Assembly (NCBI GenBank): GCA_002722155.1
Contig: PBKS01000016.1
Coordinates: 1,391-65,390 of the forward strand
Direction: 5' to 3'
Length of the DNA stretch: 64,000 nt
DNA from: Chloroflexota bacterium
GTDB taxonomy: Bacteria; Chloroflexota; Dehalococcoidia; Lucifugimonadales; UBA826
Below are positions 53,042-63,794 of this stretch, piece by piece; position 1 is the first letter of the stretch, and each line of letters starts with the position of its first letter. Below the pieces are notes generated by a model. It made no database searches, was not told the DNA's origin, and worked only from the letters and a program-made list of their open reading frames with translations. The translations under genes and the position numbers were made by a program.

Positions 53042-54451
53042 CTATTTTATTGGCTGATCCTCTATAACTCTCATCGTTTCCCATTTGCCGGATTTAAATC
53101 GAAGGGCATAAATAAATCCAAGACAAATGATGTAGGCGAGACCCGAACACCATGCCGCGTTCAGACCTAAATCGAAGATCTCAATTATTAAAAAAGTAGG
53201 GGCGATCAATACTAGCGATGCTGTCACACATATAGTGATCATGATAAAAGCTGTATCTCCCGCTCCTTTGAGAGCAGAGGAAAATATTATTGCTAAGGAA
53301 TCAAATATTGACCAAAGAGCTATAAATCTCAAAGCAACTAAAGCAAGGCTTTTTATAGCTTCGAACTCGTTAGGGTCAGCTTTTGCAGAAAAAGGGTAGA
53401 TAAACACTGTAGGTATTAGTAGGTAAAGTAAAGCAAGGATGATCATGTAAGTAAATGACATTTGAATGGCAGAAAAAGTGGCCATTTTTGCTTTGGCGGG
53501 TTTATTAGCACCTAACGATTGCCCTACCAAAATAGAAACTGTTATTCCTAAACCGATCATAGGCATAAATGCCAGCATACTTATGTTAAATGCTATGTTT
53601 GATGCAGCCAATTCAGTGTCTCCAAGTCTACCAATAAGTAATATGAAGGCTGAAAAGGCTGCTATATCGAGGAAAAATTGGACTCCATTGGGCAATCCAT
53701 ATCTGATTAGTCTCTTAAAGAGATTCAGTTCAAAATTCCAGCCAGATATAGTTTTGTATTTTGAGTTGTTTTCCTTGGAAAAAGCTAAATAAGCTAGTAT
53801 GAGAAAATTGATCATTCCAGATATAAATGTTGACAGTCCTGCTCCTCTTATTCCCATTTCAGGCATTCCTAGATTCCCAAAAATAAGTAGATAATTGAGC
53901 ACAATATTCACTGCAGTTGCCGCAAAACTTGCCCACATAACTGGGTATGTTTTGCCAAGACCACTGAAAAAACCCGCCACTGTTGCTTGGGCTATAGGAA
54001 ATATTCCTCCCAAAGTAAGAAATATCCAGTACTCTGACTCTAAAATTTGTACTTCTGGACTGTGTCCTATAAAAGAAAATATTGGTTTTGAAAACAATGC
54101 GGTGCATGCGAGTAAGAGTCCACCAATAAGGGCAAAATACATTCCTTGCCACATTGCTGGCCCCACTCTTTCGGGCCGTGAGGCTCCTATATATTGGGCT
54201 ATGAAAGTACTTACGTAACCTGATGTACCCATAAATAGACTAATCAAAGTGAAACTTAGGATTCCAGTGGGTAAGGCTGCCGCTAGAGCTTCTGGTGAAT
54301 ACCAAGACAAAAACATTCGGTCTATGAATTGTTGTACGGACCAGGACCCGGTGCTCAAAATCAAGGGGAATGCGATATTAAGGACATGGAAATATCCGTT
54401 TTCCTGGTGCCACCGTTGTGAAAAAGCGGATTTAAGGTCAGTTAAAGTCAG
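53042..54451 (-). CDS. MATE family efflux transporter (probable CTG start)
   Basis: About 12 TM segments, DRMFL, NIVLNYLLIFG..GMPEMGIRGAG, GQSLGA, LKGAGDT. The frame is open 29 codons upstream of the track's TTG. Confidence 0.85.
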   Translation of the reverse strand: MTLTDLKSAFSQRWHQENGYFHVLNIAFPLILSTGSWSVQQFIDRMFLSWYSPEALAAALPTGILSFTLISLFMGTSGYVSTFIAQYIGASRPERVGPAMWQGMYFALIGGLLLACTALFSKPIFSFIGHSPEVQILESEYWIFLTLGGIFPIAQATVAGFFSGLGKTYPVMWASFAATAVNIVLNYLLIFGNLGMPEMGIRGAGLSTFISGMINFLILAYLAFSKENNSKYKTISGWNFELNLFKRLIRYGLPNGVQFFLDIAAFSAFILLIGRLGDTELAASNIAFNISMLAFMPMIGLGITVSILVGQSLGANKPAKAKMATFSAIQMSFTYMIILALLYLLIPTVFIYPFSAKADPNEFEAIKSLALVALRFIALWSIFDSLAIIFSSALKGAGDTAFIMITICVTASLVLIAPTFLIIEIFDLGLNAAWCSGLAYIICLGFIYALRFKSGKWETMRVIEDQPIK

Positions 54452-54633
54452 GTTGATCTACTCCCAAAGCTGAAATATCGAAAACGGTAGCCAAATAAGT
54501 TTATCTTCAAGGTGGTCGGAATGTGAACTATCAATTTTTACATTAAAGTGGGCACTATATCGAACTGGGCAACGATTTATAGGTGCTGATAAACTAATTA
54601 TCTGGCACTAACTCAACATTTAAGGAGATACCA

Positions 54634-55647
54634 TTGAGGCAAATTTTGTACGTTTCTTTGGCGGGAGAAAATCGAATTAGTTGTTGGTCGATTAATAGCA
54701 ACGATGGAAAATTAGAACATCTTGCGGACACAAAAGTAAGTGAAAGACCTGCTCCATTGGCTGCTGATATTCAAAATTCGATCCTCTATGTAGGGAGAAG
54801 AGATCTTCCATGTGTGTCATCTTATAAATTTGATAGTTCGAGTGGTGAGCTAATTCATTTATCAGATGGACCTACGCTTGAAGGAGATCCTTGCTATATT
54901 TCACTTGATAAAACTAATAACTATATTCTGTCGGCCTATTATGAAGCCGGAGCTGTTTCTGTGCATTCAGTTGACAATGGTGTTTTTGGTGACGAGAAAG
55001 TATGGAAGACGACTGGAAACGGAGCTCATTGCGTTTTAACCGATGCAGATAATTCATATGCACTTGTCCCACATATTGCAGGGGAAAAGGGTATTAACAA
55101 AATTCTTAAGTATTCGTTTAATCAGACTACGGGAAATCTCGACCCTATGGATATCCCTTCCTTATCTCAGCCGGACAACAGAGGGCCAAGGCACTATACC
55201 TTTCACCCCAATGGAAATTATGTGTTTTTTTCAAATGAGCAAGAGAGTAGTGTAACTGCGTATGGATATCAGAAAGGTAATTTGGATGAGTTGGAGACAT
55301 TATCTACCTTGCCTGCTCAATACGGAGGTGTGAACACTTGTGCCCAGATAAAAATCACCCCTGATGGTAAATATATATATGCCCCAAATAGAGGACACAA
55401 TTCGATAGCTGGATTTTCAGTTGATTCTAATACCGGTGAGCTAAATATGAATGGCAGAACCCAAACAGAAGCCATGCCAAGAGTTTTGGATATCGATAAA
55501 AATGGAAATTTCTTATACTCTGCGGGACTTGATACTGGTTATATATCTGTGTTCAAAATAAAAAATGACGGGTCTTTGGAGTTTATAGATAGATTTGAGG
55601 TCGGGGAAGAGCCGATGTGGATTCTCATCTTACCAGTGACAGAGTAG
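54634..55647 (+). CDS. 6-phosphogluconolactonase-like beta-propeller lactonase
   Basis: PCYISLD, AHCV, GPRHYTFHPNG, YAPNRGHNSI, MPR. Confidence 0.87.
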   Translation: MRQILYVSLAGENRISCWSINSNDGKLEHLADTKVSERPAPLAADIQNSILYVGRRDLPCVSSYKFDSSSGELIHLSDGPTLEGDPCYISLDKTNNYILSAYYEAGAVSVHSVDNGVFGDEKVWKTTGNGAHCVLTDADNSYALVPHIAGEKGINKILKYSFNQTTGNLDPMDIPSLSQPDNRGPRHYTFHPNGNYVFFSNEQESSVTAYGYQKGNLDELETLSTLPAQYGGVNTCAQIKITPDGKYIYAPNRGHNSIAGFSVDSNTGELNMNGRTQTEAMPRVLDIDKNGNFLYSAGLDTGYISVFKIKNDGSLEFIDRFEVGEEPMWILILPVTE

Positions 55648-55649
55648 AT

Positions 55650-56132
55650 ATGGACGATAACGAGACAACCACAAAGTTTATTGTCAACGGACGAGAATAT
55701 AGCCTGAAAATAGATAACAGATACACTCTGTTGGATATATTACGAGATCATCTTAGACTAACTGGTGCCAAAAAAGGGTGCGATTTAGGTGAGTGTGGGG
55801 CTTGTACGGTTCTCCTTGACGGCAAGGTTGTTAATTCTTGCCAGATTCTCGCGGCCAGAATCAAAGATAAAGATATCAGGACTGTTGAAGGATTGTCTCA
55901 AAGCGAAACATTACATCCTCTACAGCTTGCATTTATTGAAAATGACGGAGGTCAATGTGGTTACTGTACGCCTGGTTTTATCATGGCGGCATACCCGCTT
56001 TTTGAGTCAGAGGAAGAGCTATCTACAGAAGAAATAAAATTGTCTTTAGCTGGAAATCTGTGTAGATGTAATGCTTACGGTTCAATAATTGATTCAGTTG
56101 CCTATGCTTTGGAAATAAAAACTAATGAGTGA
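55650..56132 (+). CDS. Molybdo-flavoenzyme [2Fe-2S] subunit (CoxS/YagT-like)
   Basis: GCDLGECGACTV, QCGYCTPG, GNLCRC. ATG at 55650. Confidence 0.92.
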   Translation: MDDNETTTKFIVNGREYSLKIDNRYTLLDILRDHLRLTGAKKGCDLGECGACTVLLDGKVVNSCQILAARIKDKDIRTVEGLSQSETLHPLQLAFIENDGGQCGYCTPGFIMAAYPLFESEEELSTEEIKLSLAGNLCRCNAYGSIIDSVAYALEIKTNE

Positions 56133-58386
56133 ACAAAGCACCCATACTCCAGCAGTTGGCACGTCTTACGTTCGTACTGATTTGGAAGGTAAAGTTCTAG
56201 GCACGGCTGAGTATACGGCGGATATAGCTTTGCCTAATATGTTGCATGCTCGCGTTCTCAGAAGTCCTCATCCCCACGCAAACATTTTGGGTATCGAAAT
56301 AGGCAGCGCTACGAAATTGGATGGTGTTTTCGATGTGTTGACCCCTTTCAATGTACCTGAAGGAAAAGTCGCTCCTGACGTTCCGATTTTAGATAGCAGG
56401 GTTCGTTTTGTAGGGGACGAAGTCGCAGTGGTAGCAGCAGTTGATATTGATCAAGCCAAGGCAGCCATTGACCTGATTGATGTTTGCTATGAGGTCTTAC
56501 CGTTTTCTACGAATGTTCACGATTCTTTGAATTCTGCGAGTTTTCCAATCCATTCGGAAGGCAATTTGGTTAATGGTGGCCCGCTAATAGAAACGCGTGG
56601 AAGTATAAAAGAAGGATTTGATCAAGCAGATTATGTTGTTGAAGATTCATTTACTACTCCAGATCATCATCCAGCATCTTTAGAACCACGTGCAGCACTC
56701 GCTTCATGGGACGGTACTAGGTTAACAGTATGGAAACCTAGTAGAGGTATCCATGCAGATAAGAATATTTTAGCTTCTGCATTGGGTTTGAGCCCCAATA
56801 ACATCGCAGTGGTGGGACCTGCTATGGGTGCTGGTTATGGCAGTAAAGACGAAACTCGAACCTCCGTAATGGCAGCTTTACTTTCCATTAGAACGGGTAG
56901 ACCTGTGAAACTTGAATTGGATAGAGAAGAAGAATTTTTAGCTGGAAGAAGGAGGCACTCCACTTATACAGAAATAAAGATGGGTCTTAAAAAAGATGGC
57001 ACGATAACCGCGGTGCATGCGAAGACGATTATGGATACAGGTGCATATCTTTCCTCGGGTCCTGGTGTAGTAAGAAGAGCTGGTCAAGGTATCCTCTACC
57101 TTTATAAATGTGCAAATGTGAAATATGAAGGTCAGCTGGTATATACAAATACCCCAACAGCTGGCTCCTATCGGGCTCTAGGTGCACCCCAAGGACATTT
57201 TGCTCTTGAATCTTTATCAGATAAGGCCTCAGAGATATTAAATATGGACCCATTGGAATTTCGTTTTAAAAATCATGTTGGCCCTGAAGGACAACCTGGT
57301 GAACGCACAACACCGAGAAACCAGATAATTGATACGCAGCCAGTAGAAGGTGGGGTTCCTTTTTCCAGTAATGAATTGCGCCAGTGTCTAAAGCTTGGTG
57401 CCGAGGCTATTGGATGGGATAGAAGGGATTATATTGAAAATGCGGCCGGACCTATCAGAAGAGGAATAGGCATGAGTATGTTTATTTACCGAGGAGGACC
57501 CGGGGGGCAATCAAATGCCGAAATATCTCTGGATCAGGATGGACTTTTTACTTTAAATGTAGGGTTTATGGATGTTGGAGAAGGTAGTTCGACAGTAGTC
57601 ATACAAATGGCAGCAGACACTTTAGGCATACCCCCTGCAATGGTTAGAATCAATGGTGGGCACACCGATAAAACACCAGAATCTCCGATGACCGCAGGTT
57701 CGACTCTCACTTTTTCAGCTGGTCATGCAGCCATGCAAGCTGCTAAAGACCTAAAGGACGCTATCATCAATGCTAGCTTGAAGTTAATTGGTTTAGGTGA
57801 TTCGGAAGGTCTGTATCTAACACCAAATGGGGTGAAGTCGAAATGTGGAGAAAGTATTAGTTTCTTGGATATAGTCCATAATGCAGGCCCTATTAAAACT
57901 CTGGCTTCCGTAACTCCTGGTAGCAAAGATTACATTGTTAATTCGTTCGGGGCCCATTTTGCAGAAATTGAGGTAGATACAGAGACTGGGCATATAGAAA
58001 TAATTAAATATATTGCGGTGCACGATTCAGGCAGGATAATAAACCCAAGACTGGCCGAAGGGCAGGTTCGTGGTGGTGTTTCTCAGATGATGGGGTTTAC
58101 ATTTCTTGAAGATATGGAAATTGATCCTCATAGTGGCGTTGCTTTGAATGCTAGTTTTTTAGAGCATAAAAGTCCGACAATAATGGAGTATCCTGAGATT
58201 GAGGTTATTTTTGCTGATTCGATCGACCCTATTGGACCATTCGGGGCGAAGTCCCTTGGTGAACCACCTTGTATTGCCCCAGCACCAACCATCGCCAATG
58301 CCTTGTATCACGCTACTGGGGTAAGAATAAATGATTTGCCGCTTACACCAGATAGTGTGTTATTAGCGATGAAAAATTTACTATGA
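56125..58386 (+). CDS. Xanthine dehydrogenase family molybdopterin-binding subunit
   Basis: LRSPHPHA, VRFVGD, GAGYGSK, YRALG, HDSGRIINP, GAKSLGEP. Confidence 0.92.
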   Translation: MSEQSTHTPAVGTSYVRTDLEGKVLGTAEYTADIALPNMLHARVLRSPHPHANILGIEIGSATKLDGVFDVLTPFNVPEGKVAPDVPILDSRVRFVGDEVAVVAAVDIDQAKAAIDLIDVCYEVLPFSTNVHDSLNSASFPIHSEGNLVNGGPLIETRGSIKEGFDQADYVVEDSFTTPDHHPASLEPRAALASWDGTRLTVWKPSRGIHADKNILASALGLSPNNIAVVGPAMGAGYGSKDETRTSVMAALLSIRTGRPVKLELDREEEFLAGRRRHSTYTEIKMGLKKDGTITAVHAKTIMDTGAYLSSGPGVVRRAGQGILYLYKCANVKYEGQLVYTNTPTAGSYRALGAPQGHFALESLSDKASEILNMDPLEFRFKNHVGPEGQPGERTTPRNQIIDTQPVEGGVPFSSNELRQCLKLGAEAIGWDRRDYIENAAGPIRRGIGMSMFIYRGGPGGQSNAEISLDQDGLFTLNVGFMDVGEGSSTVVIQMAADTLGIPPAMVRINGGHTDKTPESPMTAGSTLTFSAGHAAMQAAKDLKDAIINASLKLIGLGDSEGLYLTPNGVKSKCGESISFLDIVHNAGPIKTLASVTPGSKDYIVNSFGAHFAEIEVDTETGHIEIIKYIAVHDSGRIINPRLAEGQVRGGVSQMMGFTFLEDMEIDPHSGVALNASFLEHKSPTIMEYPEIEVIFADSIDPIGPFGAKSLGEPPCIAPAPTIANALYHATGVRINDLPLTPDSVLLAMKNLL

Positions 58387-59366
58387 AAGGCTTTACATTT
58401 AAGGAACCATCTGAATTAGAGCAGGCATCTGACTTTTTAAGAGATGGCTCTGGAGGTTATATTCTGGCAGGTGGTACAGATCTCGTAACAGAGATGAAGC
58501 AAGGGATCATTGAACCGCATTTGCTGGTTAGTACTTCCCAGATTAAAGAGATGTGCAACATAGAGTGGAATCAGTCTGGGGTGAAGATTGGCTCTATGGT
58601 TACCCTCAGCGATATTGCGAACAGTGAAAGTATGAAAATCAAGCTCAAGAGTCTGGTTCAGGCAACTGGCTCCATTGCTACCCCGCAGATACGAAATATT
58701 GCCACATTGGGAGGAAATTTATGCCAGAGACCGCGGTGTTGGTACTATAGAAATTCAAGATTTGATTGTTTGAAGAAGGGTGGTGCAAAGTGTTTTGCGG
58801 TGGGGGGATCCGACAAATATCATGCAATATTAGGGGGTCATTCTTGCTATATTGTTCATCCTTCCGATTCTGGAACTGCCCTAGTGGCTTTGAATGCTAA
58901 AGTAGAAATTTACAGGAAATCTCAAAGAATCATCATCCCGATAGTTGATTTTTTCACTGGCCCAGAAATAGATGTAACTCGGGAGAACATTCTGGAACCA
59001 GGAGATATTTTGATTTCTATTCACATACCAAATGAATCTATGGCAGGTAGCAGTGTTTTTTTGAAAGCAAAAGAGCGGAAATCTATGGATTTTGCTATCG
59101 TGAGTGTTGCTTCCATGGTCAAGATTGAAAATGAAATAATCAGTCAAGTTGGTTTAGCTGTTGGCGGTGTTGCACCTGTACCCTGGAAGCTGAATACTCT
59201 GGAAAGTAAATTAGTGGGGATGAAAAAAGAGGATGTGGATATTGAGTCGCTCTGTTCAGGTGTCTTTAATGATGCAAAGGTTATGGGGCAAAATGGATAT
59301 AAATTGCACCTGGCCCAGACATATTTAGAAAGGGCCTTAAATTTGGTTTTGGCAAATTCCAATTAA
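58383..59366 (+). CDS. FAD-binding subunit (YagS/PaoB-like) with Cys-rich [4Fe-4S] insert
   Basis: LAGGTDL, PQIRNIATLGGNLCQRPRCWYYR...C..KGG..C...C..VHPSD, GGVAPVPW. Confidence 0.9.
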   Translation: MKGFTFKEPSELEQASDFLRDGSGGYILAGGTDLVTEMKQGIIEPHLLVSTSQIKEMCNIEWNQSGVKIGSMVTLSDIANSESMKIKLKSLVQATGSIATPQIRNIATLGGNLCQRPRCWYYRNSRFDCLKKGGAKCFAVGGSDKYHAILGGHSCYIVHPSDSGTALVALNAKVEIYRKSQRIIIPIVDFFTGPEIDVTRENILEPGDILISIHIPNESMAGSSVFLKAKERKSMDFAIVSVASMVKIENEIISQVGLAVGGVAPVPWKLNTLESKLVGMKKEDVDIESLCSGVFNDAKVMGQNGYKLHLAQTYLERALNLVLANSN

Positions 59367-59435
59367 CGATGTTGAAATTCAGGCATCAGATGTGGATTGG
59401 ATTTACCTGATTCACCCTGGTAGCGAAAGGAGACT

Positions 59436-60239
59436 TTGATGAAAAATTATAAAAATCTATCTTTTCGCGTAGATGATCATATTGGATTATTAACTCTTGA
59501 TAGGCCAGAGGTGATGAATGCCTTAAATCGAGAATTGACGCTGGAATTTCATGAACTTCTGGATGAGTTGCCAGGAAAATTTCCGGAAATTAGAGTCCTA
59601 GTTATTACTGGTAATGGAAAGGCATTTTGTTCAGGTGCTGATTTATCAAGGATGGGTGCTTCAGGATCCGAGAATAGGAGGAATAGAGATAGATCTGATC
59701 AGAGTCGCAGACGGATACAAGAACTTGCCCCTGCAATAAGAAATTTACCTCAGCCTGTGGTATCGGCGATAAATGGAGCCGCAGTAGGGGCAGGGTTGTC
59801 TATTGCTTTAGCTACTGACATAAGAATCGCCACCGAAAAAGCTAGATTCTCCGCTATTTTTGTTAAAAGAGGTTTAGTACCCGATACAGCTGCTTCTGCC
59901 ACAATAAAAGCTATAGCAGGTCACGGAATTGCGGCAGAAATGTCATTAACTGGCAAAATATATGATGCTGAATGGGCACTGTCCAAAGGCCTTGTAAATG
60001 AGGTTGTGGGTCCGGCAAGTTTATTGGATAAGTGTATGGAAGTAGCTAGGGAAATCGCTGCTAATCCGCCGTTAGCTGTAAGGCAAACTAAACAGTTGCT
60101 TCGGGTTCGAATGGAGGACTGGCATCAAATAATTGCTGATGAGGATTCGGCTGGAGAAATGCTTTATGACACTGAAGATCAAAAAGAAGCGGTTAGAGCT
60201 TTTTTGGAAAAAAGAAAGCCTAAATATATAGGTAAATAA
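59436..60239 (+). CDS. Enoyl-CoA hydratase/isomerase family protein
   Basis: LDRPEVMNAL, FCSGADL, AINGAAVGAG, DIRIA, AFLEKRKP. Confidence 0.9.
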   Translation: MMKNYKNLSFRVDDHIGLLTLDRPEVMNALNRELTLEFHELLDELPGKFPEIRVLVITGNGKAFCSGADLSRMGASGSENRRNRDRSDQSRRRIQELAPAIRNLPQPVVSAINGAAVGAGLSIALATDIRIATEKARFSAIFVKRGLVPDTAASATIKAIAGHGIAAEMSLTGKIYDAEWALSKGLVNEVVGPASLLDKCMEVAREIAANPPLAVRQTKQLLRVRMEDWHQIIADEDSAGEMLYDTEDQKEAVRAFLEKRKPKYIGK

Positions 60240-61675
60240 TGTCAAAACCAAATATATTGGTCATATTTACTGATGATCAGCGATTCGATACTGTTCATGC
60301 GTTAGGTAACGATAAAATATCGACTCCAAATATGGATTGGCTAGTTGAAAATGGTACCGCTCTAACCAACGCCTACATCATGGGTGGGACAAATACAGCT
60401 GTATGCATGCCTAGCAGAGCTATGTTGATGACTGGGCGAACACTTTTCCATCTTGTGGATTCTGGCGAGACCATACCCAAGGACCATGTTATGTTGGGAG
60501 AAACCCTTCGTAAATCTGGTTATCACTGTTGGGGTACCGGTAAATGGCATAACGGCACTGAATCGTACATTCGAAATTTCCAAGATGGTGCCGATATCTA
60601 TTTTGGTGGAGGATATGATCATTGGATGGTACCAGTGCATTCTTACGACCCATCTCAACAATATCTAGGTCGAATATCAAGAGATATGGTTCCTTTGCAT
60701 GAATATGAGCCGATAGAAACCTATAAAAGTCGGGTTCAATCATACCGAGTCCCTGCCTTACCGGAAGAAAAAATTGCTAATCATATCCATTCCGGGCGAC
60801 ATTCTACTAACCTATTTGCTGACCAAGCTGCGGAATTTATTTCTAACTACGAAAAAGATGATCCGTTTTTTGCGTATGTCGCTTTTATGGCCCCTCATGA
60901 CCCAAGGACTACCCCACAAAAATTTTACGATATGTATTCTGCAGATGACTTTGATATCGAAGAAAATTTTATGACTGAGCATCCTTTCGACAACGGTGAA
61001 CTTGATGCTAGAGACGAGCTTTTAGCTGCAGTTCCTAGGGAAGAATTAGAAGTAAAAAATCATATAGCAGAGTATTACGCTATGGTCTCTCATCTTGATT
61101 CGCAAGTAGGGTTGATTTTGGATGCTCTCAAAGAATCAAATCAAATTAGTAATACCATCATAGTGCTTGCTGGTGATAATGGACTTGCCTTAGGAAGACA
61201 TGGTCTTTTTGGTAAACAGAATCTTTATGATCACAGTATTCATATTCCCATGATATTTTGTGGCCCCGGAATTCCCAGCCAGACTTCGAGAGATTCATTA
61301 GTTTATACAGCCGATATATACCCTACCTTATGTGAAATGGCTGGCATTGAAATTCCGGAAAGCGTCTTAGGTAAAAGTATGATGAAGATCATAAAAGAAA
61401 AAGAAATTTCAACCCGCGACTATTTGTACTATGTTTATAAGGATGTTCAAAGAGCAGTAACGTATCAGGGTTGGAAATTGATCGAATACAACGTAAATGG
61501 AGTTCGATCCACCCAATTATTCAACATTTCTGAAGATCCAGACGAGATACATGATCTATCGGGAGACGCTGGCTTTATAGAAAGAGTGGTTGAACTGAGG
61601 AGGAAAATGCAGGAGGCTCGTGAGGCGTATGGAGATAATTTGGCCCCTTTTGAAAAATTTTGGGAAGGATTCTAA
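60239..61675 (+). CDS. Sulfatase (choline/aryl-sulfatase-like)
   Basis: PNILVIFTDDQR, CMPSR, GKWH, APHDP, GDNG, HGLFGKQNLY. Confidence 0.9.
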   Translation: MSKPNILVIFTDDQRFDTVHALGNDKISTPNMDWLVENGTALTNAYIMGGTNTAVCMPSRAMLMTGRTLFHLVDSGETIPKDHVMLGETLRKSGYHCWGTGKWHNGTESYIRNFQDGADIYFGGGYDHWMVPVHSYDPSQQYLGRISRDMVPLHEYEPIETYKSRVQSYRVPALPEEKIANHIHSGRHSTNLFADQAAEFISNYEKDDPFFAYVAFMAPHDPRTTPQKFYDMYSADDFDIEENFMTEHPFDNGELDARDELLAAVPREELEVKNHIAEYYAMVSHLDSQVGLILDALKESNQISNTIIVLAGDNGLALGRHGLFGKQNLYDHSIHIPMIFCGPGIPSQTSRDSLVYTADIYPTLCEMAGIEIPESVLGKSMMKIIKEKEISTRDYLYYVYKDVQRAVTYQGWKLIEYNVNGVRSTQLFNISEDPDEIHDLSGDAGFIERVVELRRKMQEAREAYGDNLAPFEKFWEGF

Positions 61676-61683
61676 ATATTTAC

Positions 61684-62118
61684 CTAAGGATTTCTCCAAA
61701 TTTGGCCCCGTTCCCTAACTTTTTCCAACAATTTGAAGTTGTTTCCTTGTTCCAAGTTATACCCTTTTGGTTGAGGGGGGTGACCTGTCATTCCGATTGC
61801 TCTGACGACTATAGGGTTCGTGTAGTATCCGTTATAGGTATGGCGAATAAGTTCGGCAAAAAAAAGGCTGTTGGAACATTCATATTTTTGTAGTAAGTCA
61901 ATTTGTTCTTTCTCTTGGAGTGACAAAAAATCTTTGTCGTTGATATCCCTGAGACCTTCCACAAACAATCTCATCAATTGGGGGGCATCAGAAATTGTAT
62001 CGTCAATGTGTTCCACAACGTTAATATCGGAAGGTGAAGGAAGGCTACCTTTTTTTGGTATTAAAAGGTCTACTATGACAGTTAAAGTGTCTGAATTGCT
62101 TTTAGATAATGTTCTCAT
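61684..62118 (-). CDS. Gluconate 2-dehydrogenase subunit 3-like protein
   Basis: DLLIP...LPS, FFAELIRHTYNGYYTNP; follows the GMC gene. Confidence 0.7.
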   Translation of the reverse strand: MRTLSKSNSDTLTVIVDLLIPKKGSLPSPSDINVVEHIDDTISDAPQLMRLFVEGLRDINDKDFLSLQEKEQIDLLQKYECSNSLFFAELIRHTYNGYYTNPIVVRAIGMTGHPPQPKGYNLEQGNNFKLLEKVRERGQIWRNP

Positions 62119-62157
62119 GAGAATATTCCCAATTTAGTTCTGATTCCCAGGTAGGGG

Positions 62158-63750
62158 TCATTTTGATTTTGAGATGACATGATCTGCAACATGCAATGCT
62201 AAGGCCTGAATGGTTGAGGTTGGATTAACCGCTCCGGCTGTGACGAATATGCTTCCGTCTATAACGAATAGATTATCTACATCATGAGTTTGACCATACT
62301 TATTTACGACCGAATCCTTTGGATCGGCACCCATTTTTGTGGTGCCCATCAGGTGCCATCCAGCTTCTCTTTTTAGGGGATCATGTGTAACTTCTGTTGC
62401 ACCTGCTGCTTTCATAACTTGAGTTGCTGTTTTCACCCCGTGTCCCAACATTTTGCGACTATTATCACTTAGTCGGTATTCAATTTTTGGGGATGGGATA
62501 CCGAATGAGTCAGAAAGATTTGGATCTATAGTTACTTTATTATGTGTTTCTGGTAGGTCTTCTCCTATCACAGCGAATGTAATAGTTCGGTTAAATCGTT
62601 TTTTGAAAGCTTCGTGGTGTTTTTCACCCCAAGGTACGTGACCACTGAGAGCCGTTGCTAAAGGTGCAGAAGAACGTACCACTTGATATGCATATCCCCT
62701 CACGAAATCTCTAGAATGGTCTGTCTCATAAAATTCTGAGCATATTATATTTAATGGTGTCGGACCTTTGTGTCCTTCTAAATCTTCGTCAAATATACCG
62801 GTCACAATAGAGTAAGGATGAAACATCAAATTTTTTCCGACAAGACCGCTTGAATTCGCTAAACCTTCAGGAAATTTGGTTGAGGTTGAATTCAGCAGAA
62901 TTCGAGGGGTTCCAATACCATTTGCCGCTAACACAATGGTTGAAGCATATTGCTCTTGGATATTGCCATCGGAGTCATAGTATATTGCGCTTTTTGCTTT
63001 ACCATACCTATCCACGGTGATTTCCCTAACTCGAGCGTTGGTGACTAATCGTGCACCTAGCTTAATCGCTTTGGGCCAATAGGTAACATCCGTACTCGAT
63101 TTGGCTTTTATAGAGCATCCCAGATCACAGGGTCCGCAATTGTTACAGCCTGGCCGCCCATCGTAATCCACAGTATTTATTGCTGAATCGGAAGGCCACC
63201 AATGCCAACCTAATTTGTCGAATCCATGGGTTATTTTATCCCCCAATTTGCCTAGCCCTACAGGAGGGGTTTGCCTTGGCGATTTAGGCGGGTATGCAGG
63301 ATCACCAATGATACCTGCTACTCCCATCATCTTGTCATTCAAATCAAAATACGGTTCAAGTTCAAAGTATGAAATAGGCCAATCATCGGCGACATGATCT
63401 AGAGTTTTGACCCTGAAATCAGACGGTTTTAATCGAGGGAAGTGAGCAGACCAATGAATGGTGCTACCCCCTACCGCGTTGTACATTAATGGTGCTATGG
63501 GGCTTTCGGTATCGTTAATCGGATAATCTACCTTCATAGATCTAAAATTAGGATTAGGATTAAAGTCCGTTTGTCTGTGTATTTCCCAATCAGAATTTGA
63601 AGTTGAATAGTCAGTTAATGGGTCTAACCAATCACCTTGTTCCAGACACATCACCTTGATTCCAGAGTTTGCTAATTTCCAAGAGAATGCCGCACCCGAG
63701 GCCCCTGCCCCTATTACCAGAACGTCTACCTTATTATTTACAATGTCCAA
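62158..63750 (-). CDS. GMC family flavoprotein oxidoreductase
   Basis: GAGASG, VGGSTIHW, CNNCGPCDLGC, HLMGTTKMG, NPTSTIQALA. Confidence 0.92.
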   Translation of the reverse strand: MDIVNNKVDVLVIGAGASGAAFSWKLANSGIKVMCLEQGDWLDPLTDYSTSNSDWEIHRQTDFNPNPNFRSMKVDYPINDTESPIAPLMYNAVGGSTIHWSAHFPRLKPSDFRVKTLDHVADDWPISYFELEPYFDLNDKMMGVAGIIGDPAYPPKSPRQTPPVGLGKLGDKITHGFDKLGWHWWPSDSAINTVDYDGRPGCNNCGPCDLGCSIKAKSSTDVTYWPKAIKLGARLVTNARVREITVDRYGKAKSAIYYDSDGNIQEQYASTIVLAANGIGTPRILLNSTSTKFPEGLANSSGLVGKNLMFHPYSIVTGIFDEDLEGHKGPTPLNIICSEFYETDHSRDFVRGYAYQVVRSSAPLATALSGHVPWGEKHHEAFKKRFNRTITFAVIGEDLPETHNKVTIDPNLSDSFGIPSPKIEYRLSDNSRKMLGHGVKTATQVMKAAGATEVTHDPLKREAGWHLMGTTKMGADPKDSVVNKYGQTHDVDNLFVIDGSIFVTAGAVNPTSTIQALALHVADHVISKSK

Positions 63751-63794
63751 TCGGGTCTCCTTCTGAGTTTTAAAAGATGTCAGGAGTTGGATAT

